This document shows, piece by piece, positions 25,138 through 32,844 of a stretch of 39,301 nucleotides of DNA. A program made the position numbers and the translations under genes. The notes under the pieces are model-generated. The model had not been told where the DNA came from and searched no databases. It saw only the letters and a program-made list of their open reading frames with translations. This DNA is from a virus. Where the stretch lies: positions 1 to 39,301 of IMG/VR virus record IMGVR_UViG_3300037163_000032; one strand, 5' to 3'. Every line of letters starts with the position of its first letter. The stretch's first letter is position 1.

Positions 25138-26024
25138 TCCGCACGCTCCTTTCTGCGCGCCCAGGCGGGCAGGCTGATTTTGACAGGATCAACCGGGTAG
25201 CCGGGCCAGAGCTTTTCCTTCTGACACTCTGCCAGAACTGTCAAATCCATTTCGTAACGCTCGCGCCCAAGGTCAATGTCATCCAGGTCCACGTAGTAGA
25301 GCGCAACCAAGTAGGGCGGCGTCTTCTCAACCACGATGAACACAAAGGTCTCGCGCTCGTTTGTCTCGCCCATAAGCCCGTTCCACAAGTCGAGGTAGTA
25401 GGCCGACTGCACGTAATACCGGCTACGATACAACGTGTCCGCGAATTCCTCCGGGTGCGCCCCGCCGCGAGTCGTAAACGTCGCGCCCCGCGTCGTCTTG
25501 ATGTCAACGATAATCAAGTTGTTCTCCAGACGTGTTTCCGGGTCTGGCAACCAGTCAACACGGGCTTTGCAAAGCAAACCCGTGCGCGGGTGCCGCTTAA
25601 ACAACGACACCTCAGACTGACCGGCGGCGAAAATCTCACGGCAAGCCTCGTTGGCGCGGATCGAATCCACGCAACCGATAAGCGTATCGTATTCGTCCTG
25701 TTTGATAATGAGCCGCCCGGCTGCCTCCTGCGCTTCTTTCCAGGCTTTACCCTCCCTGGTTACGAACTTCATGCCCTCCGGCTTGACTGCGAGGCTAGGA
25801 AGGGGCAAGTCCGGCTCCAAGATGCGCTGGTGAACGAACGTCCCCAGCATCATGTCAATCGACGGATCGTGCGGCTCCGCAAGATAGGATGGAAGCAACG
25901 CGGGCGGGTCCAAGTGCTTGAGCATCGAATTGCTCACGCCCGGCGCTTTATGGTAGGTCTCGGCGGGAAGGCCCAAAAAGATACCTTCGATGCCGGGTTG
26001 CCAAGTTGTTGAGATTGTTGACAT
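25134..26024 (-). CDS. PD-(D/E)XK recombination exonuclease (RecE C-terminal/DUF3799 or Cas4-like type, 296 aa)
   Basis: ARVDWLPD...LIIVDIKTTRG provides the D...D-x-K motif, and YYVQSAYYLDL provides the QxxxY motif. Confidence 0.75.
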   Translation of the reverse strand: MSTISTTWQPGIEGIFLGLPAETYHKAPGVSNSMLKHLDPPALLPSYLAEPHDPSIDMMLGTFVHQRILEPDLPLPSLAVKPEGMKFVTREGKAWKEAQEAAGRLIIKQDEYDTLIGCVDSIRANEACREIFAAGQSEVSLFKRHPRTGLLCKARVDWLPDPETRLENNLIIVDIKTTRGATFTTRGGAHPEEFADTLYRSRYYVQSAYYLDLWNGLMGETNERETFVFIVVEKTPPYLVALYYVDLDDIDLGRERYEMDLTVLAECQKEKLWPGYPVDPVKISLPAWARRKERAE

Positions 26025-26028
26025 ATTC

Positions 26029-26649
26029 CTATTTCCTTCTGGCGAGTTGCTTTAGCGCGTTCCCAAAAGCCCGCTCGCCTATTTCTTCCCACTGGGCGGC
26101 TGTGAACGTCGTGTTGGCAAGAACGGTGATCTTGTCGCCTTCAATGACAAAGCGTTCGGCGGCGCGAGACGGGGTAACAACGGTGGGCTTCGTGGCAATT
26201 GCCTTAAGCTGCTCATCCGTGTTGCGCACCTGATTGTCCGGCGTGAAAACGACTGCAATTTCTTGTTTTGACAATTGCGTCACTTTCTTGTCATCAACGT
26301 AGGTTTTGCCGTTGGCGACAGACACGACTTTAATCGTACCTTCGTATAGCGCCTTTTGCTGGCTCGCTGGCAGGAGTGCAATGCGTTTGGCGGCAGGCGA
26401 TGAATCAAACAAAAGGGCTTCGTGCATGACGCCGCGCCCTACGCGCTCAAGATTAGCTAACAGGTTTGCGCTGATTTCCGGGTGTTCCTTTTGAATGTCT
26501 CGGTAAGCGTTCGGATTTGCGTCAACGATCAAGCAAAGCATATCGCACGCTTTTTTGATTGCGTCGCGCCCGGCTTGCAGAGCGGCTGCGAACTGGTTGA
26601 TGGTAGGGGTGTTTTGAGTCTTGTCAACTGACGTATTGTGTGTGTTCAT
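26029..26649 (-). CDS. Hypothetical protein (206 aa)
   Basis: Minus-strand ORF, ATGA-coupled upstream. No motif was recognised. Confidence 0.55.
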   Translation of the reverse strand: MNTHNTSVDKTQNTPTINQFAAALQAGRDAIKKACDMLCLIVDANPNAYRDIQKEHPEISANLLANLERVGRGVMHEALLFDSSPAAKRIALLPASQQKALYEGTIKVVSVANGKTYVDDKKVTQLSKQEIAVVFTPDNQVRNTDEQLKAIATKPTVVTPSRAAERFVIEGDKITVLANTTFTAAQWEEIGERAFGNALKQLARRK

Positions 26650-27392
26650 GATTTTGTGTTTAGGATTGTTGATAGGTTGAGTGCTTGAAGGAAATGGATT
26701 GTCTGCAAATTGGGTATTTTGTTGGATTGCGCGGCGTTGTAGGCGGCATTGTAGGCGCGTTTCTCTTCACGATGCGCGGCGTGGTAGGCGGCATCGTAGG
26801 CGCGGTGCTCTTCCCGATGCGCGGCATCGTAGGCGCGTTTCTCTTCACGATGCGCGGCGTTGTAGGCGGCATCGTAGGCGCGTTCCTCTTCACGATGCGC
26901 GGCGTGGTAGGCGGCATTGTAGGCGCGTTTCTCTTCCCGATGCGCAGCATCGTAGGCGGCATCGTAGGCGCGGTGCTCTTCCCGATGCGCGGCATTGTAG
27001 GCGCGTTTCTCTTCCCGATGCGCGGCATCGTAGGCGGCTTGGCGGGCGCGGTGCTCTTCACGATGCGCGGCGTGGTAGGCGCGTTTCTCTTCCCGATGCG
27101 CGGCGTGGTAGGCGGCATTGTAGGCGCGTTTCTCTTCACGATGCGCGGCGTGGTAGGCGCGTTTCTCTTCCCGATGCGCTGCATCGTAGGCGGCATTGTA
27201 GGCGCGTTTCTCTTCCCGATGCGCTGCATCGTAGGCGGCGTGGTAGGCGCGTTTCTCTTCCCGATGCGCGGCGTGGTAGGCGGCTAGGTAGGCGGCGCGG
27301 CATTGTTTACAGCTTTGTTTATTTGAGAACTTCTCTACTGGCAACAACCTGCCGCACTTTGCGCACTGCTTGAATTGTTGGTTGGGTGTCAT
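26646..27392 (-). CDS. Zn-ribbon protein with a long (AAY)AAHREEKRAY tandem repeat (248 aa)
   Basis: N-terminal CAKCGRLLPVEKFSNKQSCKQCRAAY is followed by about 16 units of 11 or 15 aa (AYxAAHREEKR / AYxAAYxAAHREEKR). Confidence 0.7.
   Translation of the reverse strand: MTPNQQFKQCAKCGRLLPVEKFSNKQSCKQCRAAYLAAYHAAHREEKRAYHAAYDAAHREEKRAYNAAYDAAHREEKRAYHAAHREEKRAYNAAYHAAHREEKRAYHAAHREEHRARQAAYDAAHREEKRAYNAAHREEHRAYDAAYDAAHREEKRAYNAAYHAAHREEERAYDAAYNAAHREEKRAYDAAHREEHRAYDAAYHAAHREEKRAYNAAYNAAQSNKIPNLQTIHFLQALNLSTILNTKS
26730..27296. repeat. In-frame 33/45-bp tandem repeat array
   Basis: Units such as gcgcgtttctcttcacgatgcgcggcgtggtaggcggcattgtag are repeated with small variations across about 570 bp. 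Confidence 0.9.
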
Positions 27393-27405
27393 GTGGTATT
27401 ATTTA

Positions 27406-27492
27406 GCCCACGAGCGCCTTGCTCACGCCCGGCGCTTTGTGATAGGTCTCGGCTGGAAGGTCCAAAAAGATGCCTTCGATGCCGGGTTGCCA
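27406..27492 (-). pseudogene. Relic copy of the exonuclease gene 5' end, lying in an intergenic gap
   Basis: 27419-27492 matches 25930-26003 at 69/74 nt. It translates to WQPGIEGIFLDLPAETYHKAPGVSKALVG*, against exonuclease residues 8-32 (WQPGIEGIFLGLPAETYHKAPGVSN). It has no start codon and is out of frame with the upstream gene. Confidence 0.7.
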
Positions 27493-27493
27493 G

Positions 27494-28195
27494 TTAGATG
27501 TTGTCATACAAGTTGCTAAAGTTTCGTATAATGGTTTGAATTCGTACTTTTCCTTCTGCGGGTTTTGAGTCAAAGTCGAGTCTGGAAAGTGTTGTATATT
27601 CCTGTTCGATGACTCTCAAGGACACGTCAATCTGGGGCCAGTCGTCCCGAATCTCACCGGCCTCTTGCGGCAACGTCAACTCCGCTTCCTGCTCTTCTGG
27701 CTCCGGCTCCGGCTCAATAGTCGGTTGAGTGATATGCGGGCGCTCAGGGGCTTCGATTGGCTCCGGGTCTGGCGAACTCTTCGGAACTTCCGAATGGTTG
27801 GCGGCCTGCTTAATGTCTTTGGCCGTGATGTCACGGCCATCCGCTTTGGCTGCTTCCATGGCCTTGCGCAGCGTTTCTTGGCGTTCTTCCTTTGGCACCT
27901 TGGCCAGCTCGCGGGCTTGAGCTTCGTTGACTTCGGTTTGTGCAATTTTTTGCACATTCTCAGCCACTCCAGCTGCCTCCATAAGTTGATATGCACGCCT
28001 CCGTTTGATTTTCCATTTTTCCTCCAAGTAATCCTCAAACGTTTCGTGCGTCTCCCGGTAGAGCCGAAACGTTCGGATTTCCAAGAGCGCGTTTCCAACT
28101 TCAACAAAATTGGACAGGCCTTTTTTGATGACGTCTTCGTCCCTAGAAAGCACCTCCCGCTCTGATGGTTGCAAAACCTTTACAGGAGTTGTCAT
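27494..28195 (-). CDS. Hypothetical DNA-binding-type protein (233 aa), a possible ParB C-terminal-like HTH partner
   Basis: FVEVGNALLEIRTFRLYRETHETFEDYLEEKWKIKRRRAYQLMEAAGVAENV resembles the HTH segment often fused to phage ParB-like nuclease domains. It is ATGA-coupled to the ParB-like gene. Confidence 0.35.
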   Translation of the reverse strand: MTTPVKVLQPSEREVLSRDEDVIKKGLSNFVEVGNALLEIRTFRLYRETHETFEDYLEEKWKIKRRRAYQLMEAAGVAENVQKIAQTEVNEAQARELAKVPKEERQETLRKAMEAAKADGRDITAKDIKQAANHSEVPKSSPDPEPIEAPERPHITQPTIEPEPEPEEQEAELTLPQEAGEIRDDWPQIDVSLRVIEQEYTTLSRLDFDSKPAEGKVRIQTIIRNFSNLYDNI

Positions 28196-28971
28196 ACGTT
28201 AGTGCCGTAGAGCCTTGTGATTTTCCTGTCAGCGATAAAATGCCCGATAGCAGCGGCAGTTTTTTTGTAGCGCTCTATTTGCACTACCGATCCAGCCCCG
28301 TGCGTCCGTGTTGCATCCAGCCATCGTCTCAACATCAACACTGGATCACCAGCGGACAAGTTCTCACCGCTAATGAGTTTTTCCAAGAAAGTGAGTGTCT
28401 TTTTATCTTGGGTTTTATGGTATTCGTTTACAACAGCGGCAATGACGGGAGCGGAAACCCCGTTGACCTTTTTCAGATGTACAACAGCATTAAGCGAATC
28501 AACTATTTCTTGAAACTTGTTAGCGACTTCGCTGGGGCTAAATTTTCCGTAAGAGTCGCCATTTTCGACTCTTAAAATTACATTTACAACCGCTACGATT
28601 TGGGTGCAAATTGACATATCAAACAGGAGACTCAGAACGTCTGAGACGTTGCGTTTGGAGTGTATATCGACATACATCTGTGATTCATCCGGTATGTTCC
28701 TTGCTAAGATGAATTGTATAGGAGGACAATTCTTAGTCTTTAATGCCTCTTCCATTGCTTGCAGCCTATGACCTCCGTCGCTAATAAATCCAGACACTGT
28801 AACCCCGACTCCTTGGTTTGTTAATACCCACTTCCCGTTTAGCATTTCGTTCGTCAAGTATTCAAGATGAGAGTATTTTTTTGATCTGTTATGCGTGTCT
28901 AGCGCGCGAAGTTCTGCAACCAGTTTCGGGGTTGCGGTAACAATTTCAACTGTTGGCTCTTGTGTTTTCAT
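28192..28971 (-). CDS. ParB/Srx-fold (DGQHR-like) domain protein (259 aa)
   Basis: GFISDGGHRLQAMEEAL matches the D-G-x-H-R ParB N-domain motif. Confidence 0.55.
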   Translation of the reverse strand: MKTQEPTVEIVTATPKLVAELRALDTHNRSKKYSHLEYLTNEMLNGKWVLTNQGVGVTVSGFISDGGHRLQAMEEALKTKNCPPIQFILARNIPDESQMYVDIHSKRNVSDVLSLLFDMSICTQIVAVVNVILRVENGDSYGKFSPSEVANKFQEIVDSLNAVVHLKKVNGVSAPVIAAVVNEYHKTQDKKTLTFLEKLISGENLSAGDPVLMLRRWLDATRTHGAGSVVQIERYKKTAAAIGHFIADRKITRLYGTNV

Positions 28972-28990
28972 TTTGTGTGTTTTTCTATTC

Positions 28991-29016
28991 GCCCACGAGC
29001 GCCTTGCTAACGCCCG
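28991..29016 (-). repeat. 26-bp start-proximal boundary element, second copy
   Basis: gcccacgagcgccttgctaacgcccg matches 27406-27431 at 25/26 nt. The two copies end 19 nt and 13 nt upstream of ATG 28971 and ATG 27392 respectively. Confidence 0.85.
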
Positions 29017-29034
29017 TGGGCATTGGTTCTCAGG

Positions 29035-30204
29035 TTACGGGTTTGTAACGGGCTTGCCGTAAAGCGTTATACAGTTCTGGATTGGCGATTTTTGCGTTCG
29101 CTTGTTGACAGTAACCAGCGTGTCCGCGAGCTTGTCAGGCAGGTCAGCCATAGAAGCAAACGCCGTAGGGTCCGCATGGTATCCAGCGCTACCCAGCCAA
29201 CGAAGGAAGTCATCAAACGGAATCTCGTGTAGCTCCAGTGCGGACTCGATAATGCCCTTCGCCTCAGTCATGTTGGGAAGGTTATTAGGAGCCTGGGCAG
29301 GCGCAACTGGCGCAGAGGAATTGACAGCCTGTGAAGATTGAGCCGTGGGTTCCGGCGTCTGTGCTGGCGCAGTAGTCGCCGCAACAGTCGCAGACTTCGG
29401 ACTGTCGAAAGGGACATCATCCTCTTCTAGGGGAGCGGCGGGTGCGGCCTGGGCTTTAACCTCTGGCGCCGTGGCAGGCGTGCGCGTGATCTTGATGGTC
29501 GCTGCGCGTTCCGGCTCTACACGCCTCACCTCCGATTCGACTTCGATGATGTCTGTCAATTCATCCGCAGGGCGCATGCCCATCAGCAGCTCGGGGGCAT
29601 AAATGCGGCCAAATAGCGTCGCCGTGCGATAGCGCAACATCAACTCAGGCATTGTGCGCCACTTGCTGTCTGTCTTTGTATACCATCCCTCCTTGACGGA
29701 CATTTCGATGGACACTGGAGGCGATTCTAAACGGGTGTTTGTTGACTTCTCAACGGCCCATGCGATGCAGACAATGTCCTGCACTGTAATTGTGCCCTTC
29801 TCGCGCTGTTTCTGGCCGTTGACGTACTTGGTGTGCTCGTATTCCAGCGTCTTTTCACCGGCGGGTTTAAGGTCGAATCGCAGCGGAGAGTAGCGCCCGC
29901 ATGAGTTGACGCAAGCGATGATGAACGTGCTGTCCCAGCCAGGCTTTCCGTATACGACGTAAGTGTGTTGCATGACTGCCAGAGGACTCATCGCCATGCG
30001 CTGCGCCATTTCCAGGGCGATAACGCAATTTGGAAGCCCGACTTCGCCGCGGTACATTTCCGGCACGATGGCAGACCGGCTGAACATTGTTGCCACCCGT
30101 TGCAAATGCGCGAACGATGCCGAGTCGCCGAAACCGGCGAGGACGACTTGCTGATTCGATTCTGCGCGTTGAAGCGCTGTTGACTGTGTGTTTGTCTCAA
30201 TCAT
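29035..30204 (-). CDS. RecT/Redbeta-superfamily single-strand annealing protein (389 aa)
   Basis: NCVIALEMAQRMAMSPLAVMQHTYVV and SKWRTMPELMLRYRTATLFGRIYAPELLMGM parallel the lambda Bet blocks FIALLIVANQYGLNPW and GPWQSHPKRMLRHKAMIQCARLAFG. A Pro/Ala-rich linker and a C-terminal domain follow. Confidence 0.65.
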   Translation of the reverse strand: MIETNTQSTALQRAESNQQVVLAGFGDSASFAHLQRVATMFSRSAIVPEMYRGEVGLPNCVIALEMAQRMAMSPLAVMQHTYVVYGKPGWDSTFIIACVNSCGRYSPLRFDLKPAGEKTLEYEHTKYVNGQKQREKGTITVQDIVCIAWAVEKSTNTRLESPPVSIEMSVKEGWYTKTDSKWRTMPELMLRYRTATLFGRIYAPELLMGMRPADELTDIIEVESEVRRVEPERAATIKITRTPATAPEVKAQAAPAAPLEEDDVPFDSPKSATVAATTAPAQTPEPTAQSSQAVNSSAPVAPAQAPNNLPNMTEAKGIIESALELHEIPFDDFLRWLGSAGYHADPTAFASMADLPDKLADTLVTVNKRTQKSPIQNCITLYGKPVTNP

Positions 30205-30214
30205 AGGGATACGT

Positions 30215-31105
30215 TTAAGGTTTTTGATTGTTTGTGATGACTAATTTCCCGAAAGCTACAGTTCCGCGCGCAAGCTTGTCGCACCGAATTTCCGTTTCGG
30301 CTTCGGACGGGATGCGCCAAATGCACATTCCGGCGAATATACGCAAAGAAACGGAAATGACTTTTGCCTCGATGCCCAAGCCAGCCTCGATGCCCGAGCC
30401 AGCCTTGATGCCAATGCCAGCCTTGATGCCCGAGCCAGCCTCGATACTCGATCCAGCCTTGATGCCCTCGCCAGCCTCGATACTCGATCCAGCCTTGATG
30501 CCCCAGCCAGCCTCGATGCCCTCGCCAGCCTTGATGCCCAAGCCAGCCTTGATGCCCAAGCCAGCCTCGATGCCCAAGCCAGCCTTGATGCCCCAGACAG
30601 CCTCGATGCCCAAGCCAGCCTCGATGCCCGAGCCAGCCTCGATGCCCCAGCCAGCCTCGATGCGCAAGCCAGCCTTGATGCCCTCGCCAGCCTCGATACT
30701 CGATCCAGCCTTGATGCCCTCGCCAGCCTCGATACTCGATCCAGCCTTGATGCCCCAGACAGCCTCGATGCCCAAGCCAGCCTCGATGCCCTCGCCAGCC
30801 TCGATACTCGATCCAGCCTCGATGCCCGAGCCAGCCTTGATGCCCTCGCCAGCCTCGATGCCCGAGCCAGCCTTGATGCCAATGCCAGCCTTGATGCCCG
30901 AGCCAGCCTCGATGCCCGAGCCAGCCTCGATGCCCGAGCCAGCCAAAGCGACAATGTTTCCATTTACAGAGAGTTTCTGGAATTTTGCCACGCCGAGGCT
31001 TGCTTCGATTTCGATTGATCCGTCAAAACCATCGAGATTTGTAGGACCGATGTATTTCATTTCCGCGTCAAAGTCTGCGCGGGTTAGTTTTAGTATTGTA
31101 ATCAT
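30215..31105 (-). CDS. Hexapeptide-repeat protein, 32 consecutive G-x-G-I-(E/K)-A units (296 aa)
   Basis: GSGIEAGSGIEAGSGIKAGIGIKAGSGIEAGEGIKA... fits the [LIV]-[GAED]-x2-[STAV]-x left-handed beta-helix hexad. Non-repetitive caps of about 50 aa flank it. Confidence 0.75.
   Translation of the reverse strand: MITILKLTRADFDAEMKYIGPTNLDGFDGSIEIEASLGVAKFQKLSVNGNIVALAGSGIEAGSGIEAGSGIKAGIGIKAGSGIEAGEGIKAGSGIEAGSSIEAGEGIEAGLGIEAVWGIKAGSSIEAGEGIKAGSSIEAGEGIKAGLRIEAGWGIEAGSGIEAGLGIEAVWGIKAGLGIEAGLGIKAGLGIKAGEGIEAGWGIKAGSSIEAGEGIKAGSSIEAGSGIKAGIGIKAGSGIEAGLGIEAKVISVSLRIFAGMCIWRIPSEAETEIRCDKLARGTVAFGKLVITNNQKP
30367..30944. repeat. 18-bp in-frame tandem repeat, about 32 copies
   Basis: gatgcccgagccagcctc and close variants run head to tail for about 576 bp. 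Confidence 0.95.
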
Positions 31106-31148
31106 ATGTGTTGTATGTTATTTACTGAATACGAGTTTGGAGAACAGG

Positions 31149-31367
31149 TTAGGCCGCCCTCCTGAACTCGCGCCGCAGCGCATTCATATCGAGCGGGGAT
31201 GTCAAGATTTTGAACTCCTCACGCGCCTCCGCCTCTTCCCCAGGCCGGTACGATTCAACGCGCTGCCATTTGCCTGTGTCGGGGTTCTCGCGGTCAATGA
31301 CCGGCCCGCGCGGGCGTGTCCGCAACACGTAGCGCCAGCCTGATTCGATGGGTCCAAATTGGGTCAT
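31149..31367 (-). CDS. Hypothetical protein (72 aa)
   Basis: Second ORF of the early operon. It is Arg/Glu-rich, and no motif was recognised. Confidence 0.5.
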   Translation of the reverse strand: MTQFGPIESGWRYVLRTRPRGPVIDRENPDTGKWQRVESYRPGEEAEAREEFKILTSPLDMNALRREFRRAA

Positions 31368-31398
31368 ACTTTGTTGGGTGGGTGGGGGTGGTGTGGAG

Positions 31399-31590
31399 TT
31401 AGATTATGACGGTTTTCTTGCTAGCGGCCATGTCTCGAAGTTTTGGGAGTTGGTTGCGGATGCAAAACGAGATGACTTCCGAAAGTGATTTGCCAGTGGC
31501 CTTTGAAACCTCCTGAAGGTCCAGCCGCACCTGATTCCCCGGTCGAAAACCTATGTAAGAGTATTTTTTGTTTTTGCTTTTGCTCTTCAT
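31399..31590 (-). CDS. Ribbon-helix-helix (CopG/Arc-like) regulator, first early gene (63 aa from ATG 31590)
   Basis: MKSKSKNKKYSYIGFRPGNQVRLDLQEVSKATGKSLSEVISFCIRNQL shows a basic tail, beta strand and two helices. The track start at 31629 is a TTG. Confidence 0.5.
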   Translation of the reverse strand: MKSKSKNKKYSYIGFRPGNQVRLDLQEVSKATGKSLSEVISFCIRNQLPKLRDMAASKKTVII

Positions 31591-31600
31591 GTTGGACAAC

Positions 31601-31617
31601 GTTTTACATTGTTTTAC
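31601..31617 (-). promoter_or_regulatory. Two GTAAAAC direct repeats spaced 10 bp apart, immediately upstream of the RHH gene
   Basis: gttttac occurs at 31601-31607 and 31611-31617 (plus strand), which is 11 to 27 nt before ATG 31590. Confidence 0.35.
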
Positions 31618-31923
31618 CTGACGGCGCAAGATAAAAGTGTGAAATTGTTAAACAAAACAAAGAATTACCTATGAAAAAGAAGCAGAACGATTATCTTGGC
31701 GTCCGCATCTCCCCCGAGCAAAAAGCGTATTTTGCGATCACTCCGGCTTGACGGGCTTCTCTTTCACGATTGAGTCAATAACGGCCCCTATCGGTATCCC
31801 ACCGCCTTGGGCTTCATTCCGCAGTCGTTTCGCGGTCTCCGGGCGGACATAGAGGGTCAGCTTAATGTGACCAAGAGTCCACCGTTTAAACCGTTTTTGG
31901 GGCTTTTGTTCGGGTTTTTCGGC

Positions 31924-32844
31924 TTATTGCCGTCCAAAAGCATAGAGGCTTGATATTTCGTCCGTTGTCAGTGTTCGAGTCCAGATTGACAAGTCATCAA
32001 TCCAGCCTGTGGAATATAGTAAGGATGATCCGTAATGGTTCCCCAAACAAAGGACATCTGATCCCGAGGCAGTCCAAGCGGGAACCGATAGACTGGGAGG
32101 CGCCGACGCTCCATTGACCCTGGCGGAAAGGGTCGTTCCAGCGCGAGTCAGGACAATGTGGTACGCGGTATTGGATGCGAAGTTTGCCGAGGGATAAAAC
32201 TCGTACAAGTTATTTGAATTGCCAATGACATCCACACGGTCGGACCGGATGTATATTCCAAGCAAGTCGCCATTGGCAGTCGTGGTTTCACAGACACCCA
32301 GCACATAGTTTGACGCAGCAAGCGTGTCAAGGCTTACCCAGAATGACAACGTCCAGTTCGATCCGCGAAGAGCGTTTGCGCACGCCGTGGCATTGACCAA
32401 GGAATACCGGTTTGCCAAACCGGCGCAGTAAACCGCGCCATTCGTATAGGTTGTGCTTGAACCGGGGGAAAGAGCATAGGAAGCAACGTCGTCAACAAGC
32501 GAGCCATTAAAGCGCCATCGCGCCGTCATGCTCGCGGTGTCAATCCATGAGGCCACCGGCTGGTCAAACATCGCCGGATCGTTGAGCGTGAGCGGTTGGG
32601 TATGAGCCGTTGCCGGCAACAGCAGCAAGCCTGCCAGCACGAGTGCATCCATGCCGCCGCTCGAATGATGCGGATAGCACGCGGAGCAATCCTTGCGCAG
32701 GCAATCCGCGCAGAGCGAGTTGTGTTCCTCTTTGGGCGGCTCTTCGATCTCCGGCGGGCCAAAGCGCTTGCCCAGCAGACATCCGATGGCGAACATTGCG
32801 GCTGCCACGACTAAGAAAATAATGACTACTGTGATTGCTTGCAT
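31924..32844 (-). CDS. Membrane protein with a Cys-rich loop and a C-terminal LamG (concanavalin-like) domain (306 aa)
   Basis: In order: TM1 ([19 protein letters not shown]), [22 protein letters not shown], a second hydrophobic segment ([18 protein letters not shown]), then LamG hallmarks ([51 protein letters not shown]). Confidence 0.7.
   Translation of the reverse strand: MQAITVVIIFLVVAAAMFAIGCLLGKRFGPPEIEEPPKEEHNSLCADCLRKDCSACYPHHSSGGMDALVLAGLLLLPATAHTQPLTLNDPAMFDQPVASWIDTASMTARWRFNGSLVDDVASYALSPGSSTTYTNGAVYCAGLANRYSLVNATACANALRGSNWTLSFWVSLDTLAASNYVLGVCETTTANGDLLGIYIRSDRVDVIGNSNNLYEFYPSANFASNTAYHIVLTRAGTTLSARVNGASAPPSLSVPAWTASGSDVLCLGNHYGSSLLYSTGWIDDLSIWTRTLTTDEISSLYAFGRQ

Noticed and set aside
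30367-30944. The regular short repeats at 30367-30944 and 26730-27296 could be CRISPR arrays.
   Set aside because: The units are contiguous with no unique spacers between them. Unit lengths are 18 and 33/45 bp, and the arrays stay in frame inside long ORFs. No cas genes are present.
30228-31343. Long plus-strand ORFs lie opposite the repeat genes. They are 30228-31343 (371 aa), 26681-27373, 26685-27287, 23087-23863, 23334-23888 and 33966-34589. There are also alternative minus-frame ORFs inside the same repeats (30256-30963, 26660-27229, 33905-34492).
   Set aside because: They are shadow frames created by tandem repeats, which lack stops in several frames. They give low-complexity products such as PASMPEPALMP or RRRGRRRR runs. 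They overlap better-supported genes that fit the ATGA-coupled minus-strand series.
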